A DNA stretch of 58,087 nt, counting the filler, from Sphacelaria rigidula (lineage: Eukaryota): assembly GCA_964200075.2 (NCBI GenBank). It is 7 parts of 7 records of this genome, joined end to end, with 100 filler letters (N's around TTAATTAATTAA, not from the genome) between each part and the next. Parts side by side here need not be neighbours in the genome. Positions count along the whole stretch, not along the records: positions 8,314 to 16,526 come from CAXNAA020011898.1; positions 16,627 to 24,839 come from CAXNAA020011899.1; 5 more parts are not named here. One strand, given 5' to 3'. Made by a program: the position numbers and the translations under genes. The notes below the pieces were generated by a model that was given only the letters and a program-made list of their open reading frames with translations, made no database searches and was not told the origin of the DNA. Below are positions 9,530 through 22,896 of the stretch, piece after piece; within the stretch, counting starts at the first letter, position 1, and the number at the start of each line of letters is the position of its first letter.

Positions 9530-12177
9530 CTATCGCCGACGGTCCATCCCTCCGAAGCTATTTATCCCGCTACGACCACCCCTGTCGCTGCGCCCACCAT
9601 CCCGCCCACCTCCTCCCGCCCCTCGCCCACCGCCACCCCTCCTCCCTCCATCTCTTCCTCCACGGCCACCACTTTGCCCCGCTAACCCCCTCCAATCCAA
9701 CACGTTACCCAGGGACAACGATGGTGGTGCTTCAGCGCGTCCAGCGGCTGCGGAACCGCTTCCGTATGATCCGCCGCTATCCCCCCCGCCGCCGCCGCCG
9801 CGCTTAGGCGCTCCCTGACCTCGTTCCCACACTTGTGCGGCATCTGCTCTACTAGATTCACCAACATTGTAGCTGCGGTCGTCGTTGCCATTATCCCGCC
9901 GTCGCTTGTTGGTGGAACCGGTTGTACTCGTATCACCATCACCACCCTCGCCATCCCCGCGACCATCCTTCTTCGTGTGCTTCTTTCGTTTTTTGTACCC
10001 GTCACTTGTGTCGCCGGTTCTATGCCGATGCTCCACAGAATCCTTGTTATTTTTCTTCTTCTTTTCATCCTTGTGTTTTTTGCGTTCCCGTTTGTCTCTT
10101 CGAGCTTCTTTTCGTGCCCTTTTGGCTTCCTTTCTTTTTCGTTTTTCCTCCGCGGATTCACCCGCCAAGCCGCCGCCATCCAGGCCACTGTCGTCGTCGC
10201 TAGAGCCAGATCCCTGCGGAAGAAGGACATGTGATAACAAAAAAAGCAGTTTGCCAGGCATGCATCGCATCCATGCCGAGGTTTTTAGAAGAAAAGCGTG
10301 TGTGCCTTATCTTTAGGGGTTGGAAGCGTACGCACGCTTGTCAATGTTCCACCACCTTTGAGATAGATTTCTTCGTGATCCGCGAGCGAGCCCGCGTATA
10401 TGGCACCAGAACCTCACATACAAAGTTGCGTGCGCCAAGTTGTGATGCATAGTCGGCTGGTGTAATATAATCAGGCACTGCAGTGCCGCATGACCCATCT
10501 ACTGTGTATCTTATCATTCTACAACAGGGTACTAAAAATTCACCTTCTCTGGAGCGGCGAATACATCGACCCCCTTATGGAAATTGTGGGCACTGGCGAG
10601 CTGTTTGCCCTCGTAAGCTACGCCAGGTCTCCACTGAGCTTCCACCCCCTTCGGGGCCTCGCCTTGGGCGACTCTCTCTTCTTCAAGTTTCTCTTCCCGT
10701 TCCCTGACCTGACGGCAAGGGGGAAAAGAGGAAAACAGGTATAAAAAGGTGACTATCGCAATGGAAACGGGGGGCTGGCTGGCGGGAGGAGCACAGCTTG
10801 GCGTTGAAAGGGTGAATATTCTGCTGAACATTGTGCTGCGTTTGTACATGGTACATGGACACCATTAGTATACCATAAACACACGGTGTGTTCATGGTAA
10901 CCCAGCTAGGGTGAAACATATTCTACTCAAAATTGAACAAGAACGTATGGAAAGTGCAGCTCAGTGAATTATGTTGTATAGCTGTATGGTCAATACAGTT
11001 TACCTCTTTCGGCAGCGAGTACTTGTGCTTGTGGTCTACTCGAATTGTACGCCCGAGCAGCTGCATGCCGTTGAAGTTGTCGACGGCGAGGATGGTGCTC
11101 CTCTGGTCTTCGTACTTTATGAAGCAGAATCCCTTTTTTGTCATACATACGTGCGCACAAGGCGTGCCATCGGGGAGAGGGCCAGACGTCAGATTTGGTA
11201 GTTCGCGACAAACTTGCAATGAGGCTCTCGAGTATGTTGAGACGCATGGCGTGCTGTGATGGCAGTTTTTCAAGCAATTGAGATCATGGTACGTGTCCAA
11301 TATATCAGGGCTACCGTCTGTGGTGCAGTATAATTGACACCTGCGGGTGATGAGTACCTGGGGTCCGAACACTCATCACGTGCGGGTATTATTCGGGGGA
11401 AGTATACAGCGTACCCGGTACAGCACTGTGCGGTGCTATTCAACGGGGATGTTATTCAGCGTACGACTTTTGTAGCGTGTGTGTAGTGCAGTACGGTGCT
11501 GTACCACATGACATGAATGCCGTGCGGTAGTCTAGCCGAGCCTCCGTGCAATCGGCACATGAACCCGTTTGGGGGTAAGTGTTTCATCCTTCTTTCAAGA
11601 AAAAAAAAAAAAAAACGGTGCCGAACTGCGCTGTACTGTCACAGCATTTCAGACAATTTGAGAGCACGAAAAACTCACCATACGAAAAGCGTAGAAAAGA
11701 ATATGAGTAAACAAAAGCTATCCTTCGGACGCCGAGCCCCCCCTTCTCATGGGTCATTCATCCAGAGGCAAAAAGGACATGATCTGATACACTCGCAAAA
11801 CGGCTTTTTTGAAAATATGTTTCACTTCATTTTACACTCAAGTCCCCAGAATAGCACTATTGTACACGTCATGGGACGAAGCAGCGCAAATTCAGGAGGC
11901 CGAAACGAACACACGGAATGGGGACGTTGGTGTCTAGAATATTTCAAGTCCATACCTTGGACTTCCCGGTGTCTTTCTCGCGACACAAGTTGATGTCCTC
12001 GATCTCTCCCCACTGGGACATAACGCAAAGCACATCGCCCTCTGTCAAGTCGTACGGAAATCCACCCGCGAACACCCAAGCACTGTCCTTGTACTCATGG
12101 TGCCACGAGGCCTTGCCAGTGAGTCCTTGCGCCAGCTCTTGCTCGTTAATACGCTTGATCTCCTGCACGACATTCAT
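9530..12177 (-). CDS. RBMX2: RNA-binding motif protein X-linked 2 (RES complex subunit Snu17/Ist3 homologue), ~399 aa
   Basis: Exons 12177-11956, 11132-11004, 10708-10544 and 10213-9530, all phase 0 with GT-AG introns. [87 protein letters not shown] is the diagnostic RRM. K/R-rich and RGG-rich tail. Confidence 0.96.
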
Positions 12178-12572
12178 GTTGCGCTGCGGGTGCTGCGGGT
12201 GCGTCCTCCCGGAGGCGCCCTGGTGCTACAGTGCCGGTGTCACGTGGTCTCCGACGGTACAACAGCGTTCTGCTGGACTCGTGTATTTCTAGCTATCTGC
12301 GCTGTCTGGTAACTTTACTCTTTGCTTCCAATTATACAAAGATTTGAGAAACTATCTTTTTGACTCCAATGGCCTGGTGTGTTGCACCAGTCTCTAGTTG
12401 AACATAGGCGCCGACACTCCTCCGGCCAAGTGTTGCTTTGGCGTAAGGGGGTGTTAACCACCGATATATAAAAAATGGCATTTTGGTTCTCTGCAAGAAC
12501 TAGTTCTACGCCGTGGGTTTGAATTTCTTCAGGGCTGATTGTCCCGTCTACCTGCTACCGGGTGCTGACACG
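12178..12572. promoter_or_regulatory. Putative bidirectional promoter
   Basis: 395 bp between divergent start codons; TATATAAA-like motif near 12465. Confidence 0.5.
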
Positions 12573-14922
12573 ATGGCAACCCCTAGTCGATACAATGATG
12601 GCAGTGCAAAAGGGGTTGGGAGGCATGCTGGCCAAAATTCCCTCTGGAATCCACAGAACGTCCATAGCAATGATGATGCTGGTGCGCAAGGATACAGCCC
12701 AAGCCCGTTGAAGACCAACAGCAGCAGGAGTCGTCAAATGCAGCGGCGATATCGTTCCCTCTTTCACCAAGCTGCCAAGGAGGTAGCTGTGCGGTCAATA
12801 ATATAGAAGAGTTCAGTTGTTGTGTCATCCAATTCGTGCACTCTACGGGTTGGGTGAAAAAATGGTTTTAGTGTATATTTGGACTGGAATTGGCGCTATG
12901 ATCTGAAGTATTTAAATTGAGATGCGAACCATTTTTGCGCCTCACGGATACCGTGGATCGCCATGATGAACGACATGCTCGCCTCAGGAGTCCGGTGCTG
13001 CCTGACGGTCGATATAGCTCATGTTGTCTGGCTTATGAGGTACGTTCCATCAGAATTACCGCTGCTGCAAGATTCTCTTACCCCCAAAACCAAGTTTCGT
13101 CAATTCACCGCTGCGGTGTATTTGGCAACTGACAGTATCAGGGATGGTGTCAAGGCGAGGAGGACTCTCGGAAAGCCTTGGGATCTGTTTGTCATTTACT
13201 GGATCGTCTTCGTATGCTGGAGCCAGGGCTGCACCAAGTACGTTCTGGCTTCGGTACTGTGAACATCACTCAGCTCGCAAATTGAGCGGTCCGGATCATG
13301 TGCGGCCTTGCGTCATACATGCATGATACGTGTGGATGTGAAAAATGAACACATGTTACGACCAGCGCTGGCTGAACCCAATTTACGACAGCACGTCAAA
13401 CTACCAAGTAACAGGTAGAATTGACCAGCTCATGACCCAGCGTGTTTCTCTCTTCAGTCGCTCATTTTAGCAAGCATTGCTCCATGATACATCAACTTGC
13501 ACAAAGGTTCAGCCGGTAGTTACCGTTGTAGTTGTACATCAGAGTTACCATTAAAGTTGTGCGTCGGATGCCCGCACCACAGCTGTAGGGTTGATGTCGA
13601 GTGTCTTAACTCAGAAACTTGAAACATTTACTCCAATCATGTTGATCTTTTTTTCCGTGGCTGCACCACTGGCATCTGCTTTCCACTCGAAGGACGGCGA
13701 TGGAATGCTCGGGGGACTGGCAAGCCTACCAAATTGCCGAGCGCTGCTTCTACGAAAGCACACAGTGGAGCTGGAACGAGTGATGCGACTCTTGCGCGCG
13801 CTTGTACAGCAGATGAAAGGCCAAGTACGTTACCCAATGCGAAGCGTGCCTATCACGGAAGGCATTCTTTCCGACAAGAACGGCTCGTAGAGGGGGCGCA
13901 AGTTCTGAAAATCGAGTTTATTTGTGTAGCGTTTTCTCTGTCACCGCGAAAGCGCGTGCCCCATTCTAATAGAACGAAGTTCGCGAGTGAGCTACTGGAC
14001 TGTCGCAGTGTTTCCACGTTCCTAGACTATCCCTTGAATAGTTCGGTCGTTTTTTTCTCTCACGACGCATGCAGGTATCTCGCATCGAGGAGGCCCTCGC
14101 AGAAACATGGCAGCTGCATCGCCATGAAGCCGTGGCCCGACCTTCAGATTCCGTGCCGGGCCCAGATGGCACTCCTCAGTCTGGAAATGCGATCGTAGAG
14201 TCACCGGGGGTGGGGGGTGGGCGGGGGAAGGCAACGAAGGAGACGGCAGCAATACCAGTGGGGGGAGAGCCGGCGGTCGGACCCGCAGAGCATCTGCAAT
14301 GGCTTGGAGATATGTCGAGTATGCTGATACACGAACAATGGCGCAAGGAGGTATCAGTTTGATTGATTTATGAGTTGATCAATTGCTTACTCGTCCCACA
14401 TTTTCTAATGCGCTACGAAACTAGCTGCGATGAAAATAATCGGCATACCCACGGTTGAACAACCCTGGGAAGGAACAGAATCGTATGTGCATTCCTCGAG
14501 TGGGTAAGGGTTTGTGCACCGATCCACTCACTTGTTGGTGTTGCGCAGGGCCGGCACAAGAGTGCTGAATGAAAGCATGCCTTATTGGAGAGCCTCGCTC
14601 GAGCGCTCTCTATTTTTGTGTGTCTGGCGTTATTTCCTCGCCGTGGAATCAGGCAACAGTATGCTGCATGGAGTGTAATTTACTTTGTACCCCGTGCTAT
14701 TTTCCTCTTTGCCGTTCGTGGGTCTGTTGTTTTTTTCGAAACTGATTTGGACAGGTATTGCTGTCGAAGATAAACTTTGGACCGGATGCTCCATCGCAAC
14801 GAGCTCGAGCGCACGCGCTGACCCAGTGGTCGTCGAGATCGAATGAGAGTCTCTTGGACCGGACTCTGATGGATAATGCCTTGGACACAGCGCAGGTTGT
14901 GCCGCTGCCAAAGGGTCGATGA
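12573..14922 (+). CDS. ~293-aa helical protein resembling C1orf109/AIRIM (CK2S family)
   Basis: Exons 12573-12782, 13142-13237, 13693-13824, 14075-14350 and 14755-14922, all phase 0, GT-AG, open throughout. Motifs W..(S)..L..V..LLDRL, GGLASLPNCRALLLRKH..LE, LQWL.DM..M...E..RKE.LL. The gene model is stronger than the family call. Confidence 0.7.
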
Positions 14923-16449
14923 TAACGAATAGTGATGCGTCTTGGTATTGAAAATTGCTTCGAGAACCACTTAGCCGGTGCGATTTGATACTCGTGCGTG
15001 TGCTACAATGTTTACTTCTCAAACGGTACTTGTCATATTTGGATGACGCTTACATCGCGGTCTAGACTACAACAGCTTTTACGAGCGCGGATTACGATCG
15101 GAGAAAGGTGAAACTTCGGAAGGGGAATGACGCCTTAGACGATGGGGAACAGCCATACCATGTTCATGGTCGGGCCACGGAGGCACTACGGTGGACAATC
15201 ACGCGGGAAGCCTTGGTGTTGTTCCTTTCGCAATACATTTTTTCCAGTCTTGACTGATTTTGATATCTCGCTGTTCGCGGTGGGGTGGGCATCAAGAGAT
15301 ATCCGTGGCGAAGATATTACCATGCGCCCTTCCACTATGTTGTGGATCCGCATGCTCTCATTTTTCACAGTGACGGACAGCATCAGGTGGTTTCCGCCGC
15401 AGTTGTGTGTGTATCGACACGCCGATGACAGTTGTATGCGTCCAAGGATGTGCTCAGTCAACGTTGCATGTCTTCGGATGCACGGCGTCGGGTCGTTGAG
15501 GAAGGTTACGGTAGCAGTGTATCCTTAAACCTGCATCACGATAAGGGTGTTTTTTCTCGTCATATCGTCGATGAACTGGGTTTTGTGAAATGGTCACAGG
15601 TATAGATGACATCAATTACTGTGTTGAGGGAGGGCGATGAGCGCGTGCCGCTTGGGTACTTGAACAGTATACACCCGTTCAGTCACGGATACGTGCAAAG
15701 GTACGAAAAAGCACATCCCGAGAAAACAAACGCCGTCAACATGTGAATGTGATTCGGGTCGCATCCTTGTTTCTCAGATCCTGGACCATACATCGTAGTT
15801 TGCTACAGTTTCGACCTGAACGATGCACAATTGAACCTATCCTGACACAAAGGTTGAAGCTCCTACTCGTGGGAACGAGGTAACTTCGCCGGATCTAGTC
15901 GGGTCGACGAACTAGACACAGCATGTTGGACTTCGCAGTGAGCTATAAAAAATTGTTTTGGGGTGCATCGGCTCTACAGGCCGTCATTCACATCAACTGT
16001 AAAGTCTGGAAATATTATACAGAATCTGAACAAAAGATCACGATCTGAATATCCCGAATAAGTAGTTCATGGTTGACACTATTTGTTGATATTGCTGTAA
16101 TTCTATTATCGTCGACGCTATCGAAGCTTACTTCGAGCTGGAAGGTTAGGGACGCCTTCTATACCGAAGGAAGTTCATCACGTGTTCTCTTGCACTTTGA
16201 TATTTTCCCTACTCCGGGTGTGAAGAAAAGGTCTAGAGCGAGCCAAAACTAGACACATCAAGACAACCCGAACAGGCAACATGGAGTAACGAGCGGACAA
16301 CTCAAACAACCTTGTCGTTTTTACGCCAAGACGAGAACAAGACACGGGGTACATACACGCAAAATCCCCAGCTTGTATCCCGGGCGCAGCAACCTCCCGA
16401 AACAAAAAAATAGGCATTCAACTCTACGTACGGCCCCTACTGTTACACG

Positions 16450-16521
<72 letters not shown>

Positions 16522-16526
16522 ACACC

Positions 16527-16626
16527 NNNNNNNNNNNNNNNNNNNNNNNNNNNNNNNNNNNNNNNNNNNNTTAATTAATTAANNNNNNNNNNNNNNNNNN
16601 NNNNNNNNNNNNNNNNNNNNNNNNNN
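16527..16626. other. Artificial contig linker
   Basis: N44-TTAATTAATTAA-N44. Confidence 0.97.
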
Positions 16627-17563
16627 CCCACAGAGAGGACCCTAGTCTGCTTTTCAGATTCGCTTGGCTCCAAGGTTTCGAGACTGGCCGCTGAACAAAA
16701 ATTCGTGCGCAAAAATCTTTGCGTGCCGACCCCCGCCAGTTTGAAGATGGACACAGTGAGTAACTATCGACGTGCGCTGGACTGCGCATTCATGTGTAGC
16801 TACCACGTGCCTCCCCTTGCTGCGGCAACAGAGCGTCCAAGAGACGATACTACTCCGCCGCTCGCAGCAGAGCATTGAACAGAGAAGCGGAGCTCAGAGC
16901 TATATGGGGACCACCCTGTCCGGGTATGAACTTTCACCCACGAGCTCTACAGGGGCGACATATAAATACTGCTACAGCACAGAGGCGGGGCGGAAATACT
17001 ACAGAGAGAAGAGAAGAGAGAGAGAGAGAGCGACGGCGAAGAACAAAAGAGACACTCGTACTCGTACGTGGAAAATGAAAATTCAACCAGGGCCAACCTA
17101 CATCACTCCCCTTTCGTCGATCACCCCCTAGGATGATTACTTATCCGTCCAATGGCGTGTGCAACAGAAGGGTAGATACTTCAGTAGCAAATGAAGAGGC
17201 GCGGTTCAAATTTCTGTCTCGTGGAATGATTTACGATAGTATTTATTGAGTGTCGTACAAAAGTGTGCGCCTACGTAAAGACGCCGCTTCTGCGGGATAA
17301 CCAGTGCCGGTTGGAGCCCCAATTATGAATTGATAATTGATAATGCATAATACAGCGGAAGTGAAGTGACGGTTCGCTCTCTGACTGGATTGTGGTCTGA
17401 CTAGCGAACTGACGAACCGTTGTGTCGCTGCGTCGTCCTGAAACACGGCGGCTGTCCTTGCGCACACACGCCACACATCTGCGTACATCAACATTACACA
17501 CCACAACCCTCTCGATTAGTACAGGAGTTGACAGTCTACAACGTTGAAATCAAAGTGCCAGAT

Positions 17564-20500
17564 ATGCAGTTCACACAAATGCAAGCAGCGGCCATGGTGG
17601 CATCCCTCTCCACAGTGACACAGGCCTTCGTCGTAGCGCCCGCTTCCACCTCTCGCGGGACTGGTATGTCTGCCGGCAAGCGGGAGCGCTCAAGCACCCC
17701 ACTGGGCATGGTCAGCGCTGGAAGTGACGCTGAATACACAGCGAACCTGCCGGGAGCCCCGTTCGGCATGGCCGCGGATGGGAAGTACTTCGATCCTGCG
17801 GGTCTCGCCACCAACCAGGACCCGAAGGTGGTGAAGAAGTGGCGGGAGGCCGAGCTGAAGCACGGACGCGTTGCTATGCTAGCCGCATTAGGCGTTCTCG
17901 TTGCCGAGGTGAGGGAGGGATGAAAGAGGAAGGGTCGAGGTGGGCCGGAACACGAAAAGAAGAGAGTGAGGGCTGTCTTGGTTGTCTAAAAGGAAGATTG
18001 AGTCCGAATTCATTGGTGCAAATATCACGGATACGGCACACGTGCTCGAGAAAAAAATGTATCGAGTGTGACTGTGCCAGGTGCGTGCCTGGAAGGCACG
18101 AGTACGTTTTCTTGTATGCGGTGTGTCACGTCGCATGTTACATGTACGAGTATCCTGTAGTAGTAGCCTCTTGTTCATCTCTTAACTAAAGTCGCTCTGT
18201 TGTCCACCACGGAGAAGGCTCGCCACGTGGGATATGAAACAATTCTGCGCTGCATTAACAGGGAGTACGTAAGTAAGAATATGGTTGCTCGAACAGGCTC
18301 TCGATTCTGGAGGGAAGCCTGACTGTTCCCAACCACGTCAAATATTGGATTCGTGCGGAACATTCGTCTCATGTGACAATAACAGCGGTACAGAAAACAG
18401 TACAAGTATATACACACACCACACCACACCTCACAGTTGCTGTGTCGTCTTGTACAGAAGTCAGTGAAGATCTCCGCCCTGTGTTCATGATGAAACGTCA
18501 TGCTATTTTCCCTGGTGACATCTACGGCCTTGCCGCTCCTACATGCGCACCGTTCTGCATGGTGACACTCCGGCTGCAGTGGTGACCCATACTGTGTGGT
18601 GACACCACGGCTGCAGTGGTGAACTTTGCCAAGCCTTATTTTTGCGATACCCTCACAGGGGAGAGTGTCGCCACTATCAATAAAAACAAGTTTTCATGAG
18701 TCTGAGAGCCTTCATAATGCGGGTGTCTTGTGGCGAGCGAGCTTTTGGTGTAACGTACCCGACTCTTGAACAACATAACCATATTCCCGTGTTGCTCTTC
18801 ATGGAACCAGTCCGAAAACTATTTGTAACGACACGCCAGCCGTACCATACAGACAGTTTATTACCATGATACACACCGGAAAGAGTAGTTGTTGAGCAAA
18901 CAAATGATGGAATGACCATGTCTCAAAGCAGCAGCAACCCCAACACACCTCCAAGCCCCCGACTATGCACACACCGCCCAACTCGACGGGTTCCCGCCCT
19001 GCCTATTTGGATGTGTGCACGGTAAGGACAAATCATCACGACTCAAAATCACCATATCCACGATTTCTTCGGCCTGATCGCCCGAAAGCGAGATGAAACT
19101 TGATCGCTGGTCCAAGGGGTACCCACGCAACCTTTGCGCCATTCCACGTGTCTGTGTTGCAATGCTGAAATGACGCCTAGGGATTGATTTGTCACGAGCC
19201 GACTCATCATACTAAAACCAAGTAATTTCCAGACGGATAATTTCTTGTCCGACCCTTGGATATGTGACTGTGGAAAAGAACGGAGACCCTCAACGCCGCG
19301 ATTCGTGTTGTGGTCAAGATACGCGTGTCTTGGCGAGTTTGCGGCGCTACACGATATTTACTGACGTTCACTTCTTGCGTTCCGTAAGGACCAACGAGAA
19401 CCCAAGCTGAGGCTGTGACTCCAGATAGAGGACACCCTCCATTACAATATATAGTCCCCCACTGAAATCAGATCATGCAGGGATTTGGGGCGAGCTCCAG
19501 ATTTTTTGTACCAACTACACGAATGTTTGAGCTTCAGCCCCGAAATACAGAGAAAACGCACTTCTCCCGGCTTTTTTCGGCCGAAACACCCTCGCATTGA
19601 CCCGCATTTCTTCCTTACTGAAAAAGAAGTGATCCTTGATATTCCCCTTAGCTTGCCCTGCCGTACGATTGTGCCTCCTGCTTTGTTTGAAAGCTGTTAT
19701 CACATGAAACTTCAAGCTGGGGCGGCAAAAAGCCGGGGGATTCACCCATATCCCCACGCGTCACTCAATTTTTCCGGTGAGCCTGAAATTTGCCACGTGA
19801 TTTGCCACGTACTCACCTACACACTTCGAGGGATTTCTTTTTTCTCCGATGCAATGCGACCTGGCTCGATTTAACCGGTAGGAATTGAGTCGGGAGTTGC
19901 ACGCCCGGACGCTTGAAGCATACTCGTAATGAGTTGATGTAATGAAAATTTTTGATGGCAGCGAAGACGAGAATCTGGCATGAAAAAGTGCAAACAAGAT
20001 TCCATGACACGACCTAGGTGGGGTTCTCAAGCTGGGTTCCTGCACGTGACCACCCAGCTAGGTGAAAACAACGATATGCCCAGCGTGTCCCGACTCAGCG
20101 CTGTTCCAAGATGTATGACCATCTGATACAAGAAGGTCTTCTTCGCCGGTCTAGCTTGTAATTGTACGGTGATTTGAGTCCTGGTTCGCGTATGGAGCCC
20201 AGCTGAGTAAACGTTGAAAATTAGGAGTACGAGAGAAAACGCCAGGGTACTACGCGAAATCGCATGTCACATCTAGCCTAGTTTTCCCGTCATTTTCAGG
20301 CTCCATACCTGATGAGTCCTGGTGAGCGGCCCCTTGAGCGTCCACATTTATTGTCAGGAAGGTTTGAACTTCCTCAGTCCCGCGAGTTTTACTGGAAGTC
20401 CACGATTCCGTCGACCTCGAGGAATAGTCTACGACTGAACGCCGGAGAATGACCAGATCCGACGTACGCGCCGACAGGGTCATGTCGAAAAACAACGAAA

Positions 20501-21097
20501 TGATGCCGAGAACGTGTGCCGTAGCGTGGTGGTACGGTTGGGGCAGCGGCCGGTATGTACTGTAATGTACCATGACATGACTCCATGCATCCACGGGTCG
20601 TGTGCTCGGACGGGCTGGTGTTGGTGATGTTTCGCCTCACATTTCCATGCTGTTGAATCATCCCATGCGTTGACCACTACCAACGTTTGTGTTTCTCATC
20701 CTTCACCGATCACCAGGTGTTCCATCCTCTTTTCATGGGACCAAGCTTCATCGGCCCCGCCACGATGCACTTTCAGGAGATCACGGCGCAATACCCATGG
20801 TTCTGGGTGGCCGCGTTGACCGCCATCGGAGTGGTGGAGGGAAAGACCATACAACAGGGCTGGGGTACAGTCAGCGGCATGACGGGGACGGGGGACTTGA
20901 AAGAGAGCTACTACCCCGGCGACTTGGGTTTTGATCCCCTAGGGCTTGCGCCTAGAAACACGCCTGATTTTAGGGTAATGCAGACGCAGGAGCTTGATCT
21001 AGGGCGCCTCGCTATGATCGGGGTTGCGGGTATGATTGCCCAGGAGTGTGTGGATGGGCAAGGCATCCTCGAACATGTTTTGAGTCTCGCTTCGTGA
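17564..21097 (+). CDS. LHCX: Light-harvesting complex protein, LHCX/LI818 (LHCSR-like) clade, ~241-aa precursor
   Basis: Exons 17564-17908 and 20717-21097 with a 2.8-kb phase-0 intron. Signal peptide ending TQA-FVV. Motifs [70 protein letters not shown]. Confidence 0.93.
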
Positions 21098-22896
21098 GGC
21101 GTCTTGTGACCAGTTGCATCCTTACTGTTTCTTTGTTGACTTCTCGTTTCTTTCCATCGTACGTTCATGTATTTCTTTCGGCACAGCTTTTACTTTTTCC
21201 ATTCGCAGCCGTTTTCGCCTTGTCGCACCGAGTGTTTCGGAGAAGCATGTGGTGGTGTGTAGCACGGGAAGAGCTGGACAGAGGAAGACTGATTGTATTT
21301 CGACATGTTGAATTTTGTATCACGGACGTGTTTCGCCAAGGCAAGGGGGGGGGGAGGTGACAGGCATTGTATGACAAGTGTAACTACTGACTGCTATTTG
21401 AAACTGTTTTCAGATAGACCTGAGAGGGGAACACGATTCAACTAGACGTGTTTAAATGACTTGGGCGTACTATGTTTTTGACAGGAAAACATGATGTGGC
21501 CAATACGTTCATCACGATGGACACGCATGGGAATGTTCACTCGCCCTGAATCATGGCTCCGCCAGGGAAGAGCGTTTGACATATCCAAGAGACTATCGAG
21601 CACATGCGCTGAAGTCTTGACAGGGGGGGAGCCGCGGTAGCCCCCCTCCAACCCAGCCTCAACACGACCACGAAGAAGGCCATACAGCTCATAGTGTCTT
21701 GTTTCAAACTGCATGGAACGCCTGATATGGGCGAGATGGGGGAAAACGACTGCGGCGCGGGAGTTCTCAGCTGCCTGGTGTGCCCTGCTTTTCCTGTCAC
21801 CTTGATTCTCATGCAAATATTGTCTCCCCGACCTAACCATTTTTCAGGGAGGAGGGCTACGGCGTAACCCACCACATGCTCGAAAAGGCGAGCGTCGCGC
21901 CAGTAAATTCGGCACGACGAATGGAGTGAAGGAGCATGACGTTGTTGACCACCTCGTGGCCGTCGGCACCATGATGCCTTGACTGGCTTTTTTGTTTGAC
22001 TGATCAATTGCCGCACATGACGTGAGCCCTCACAGTTCTAGTCGTGTGTACAAGATCAATGTCGGCAAAGCAGAACAAAACAGACCCGAAGTAGAAGACG
22101 CGAGAAACGGGATGGGGCAAGAATGGAAACGGGAAGAGGAGAACGTATTCTGTATACACACGTGTAAGCACTTCGAACACAGTACACAGGCTCGAGATGA
22201 GGAGCGAGTGGTTGACGTCGCATTCGGTTGGAAGCGTTGCGGCCGATGATTGGGGAAGAAAATAACCCTGAATCCTCCTGTCAAAATTGATGTTATACTA
22301 CCTCCTCCCCAACTTTCGAGCAAGTACCCTCTGTTCCATCATCGAAACAGCCGCACGCGCACATCTCTGCACCACACAACGATGGCGCTGACAAAAGCCA
22401 GGGAGAGAGCGACGGATGGCGGTGTCGTACTATAATAGTTGGGCCGTATTACTTTCGTACGTCACTTGCCCACCCGGATAGATGAGGGAAACCAGGGTGT
22501 GATAGATGTCTCAAACTCTTGCAGCCGCGCACACATGATGGAAAACACTTCTCGCGAACTACTTCGAGTACTTGGTCACCATTCAACAAATGAGACACAC
22601 CAGTGGAGTCGAACAGAGCAGGCCACTTCCGCAACACACACTCATTCGAACGTGTCACACTTCGATCGCTGACGAGTTTCTACCGCGTGTACCCTCTTCC
22701 GGTCGTGCGTTGTTTTTTTCCAGGCATATCACTCCACCACTTTGAGAAACGATCCCACCACATCTTCTCTGACTGTCGTCGTCCAGTGTGCAAAATTTCC
22801 GAGTTACTAAAACATGGATGCTGAACTTTGCACAAAAAAGCAATACCTTTTTTTCACTTGTACCGGATTGTACCGGGGAAAAATGTGCGCCCTCAA

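Noticed and set aside
16453-16526. Poly-proline ORF or very long C tract
   Set aside because: Homopolymer at a contig end; its length is unreliable.
19480-19990. Degenerate inverted-repeat element in the LHCX intron
   Set aside because: Only patchy complementarity; ends and TSD could not be defined.
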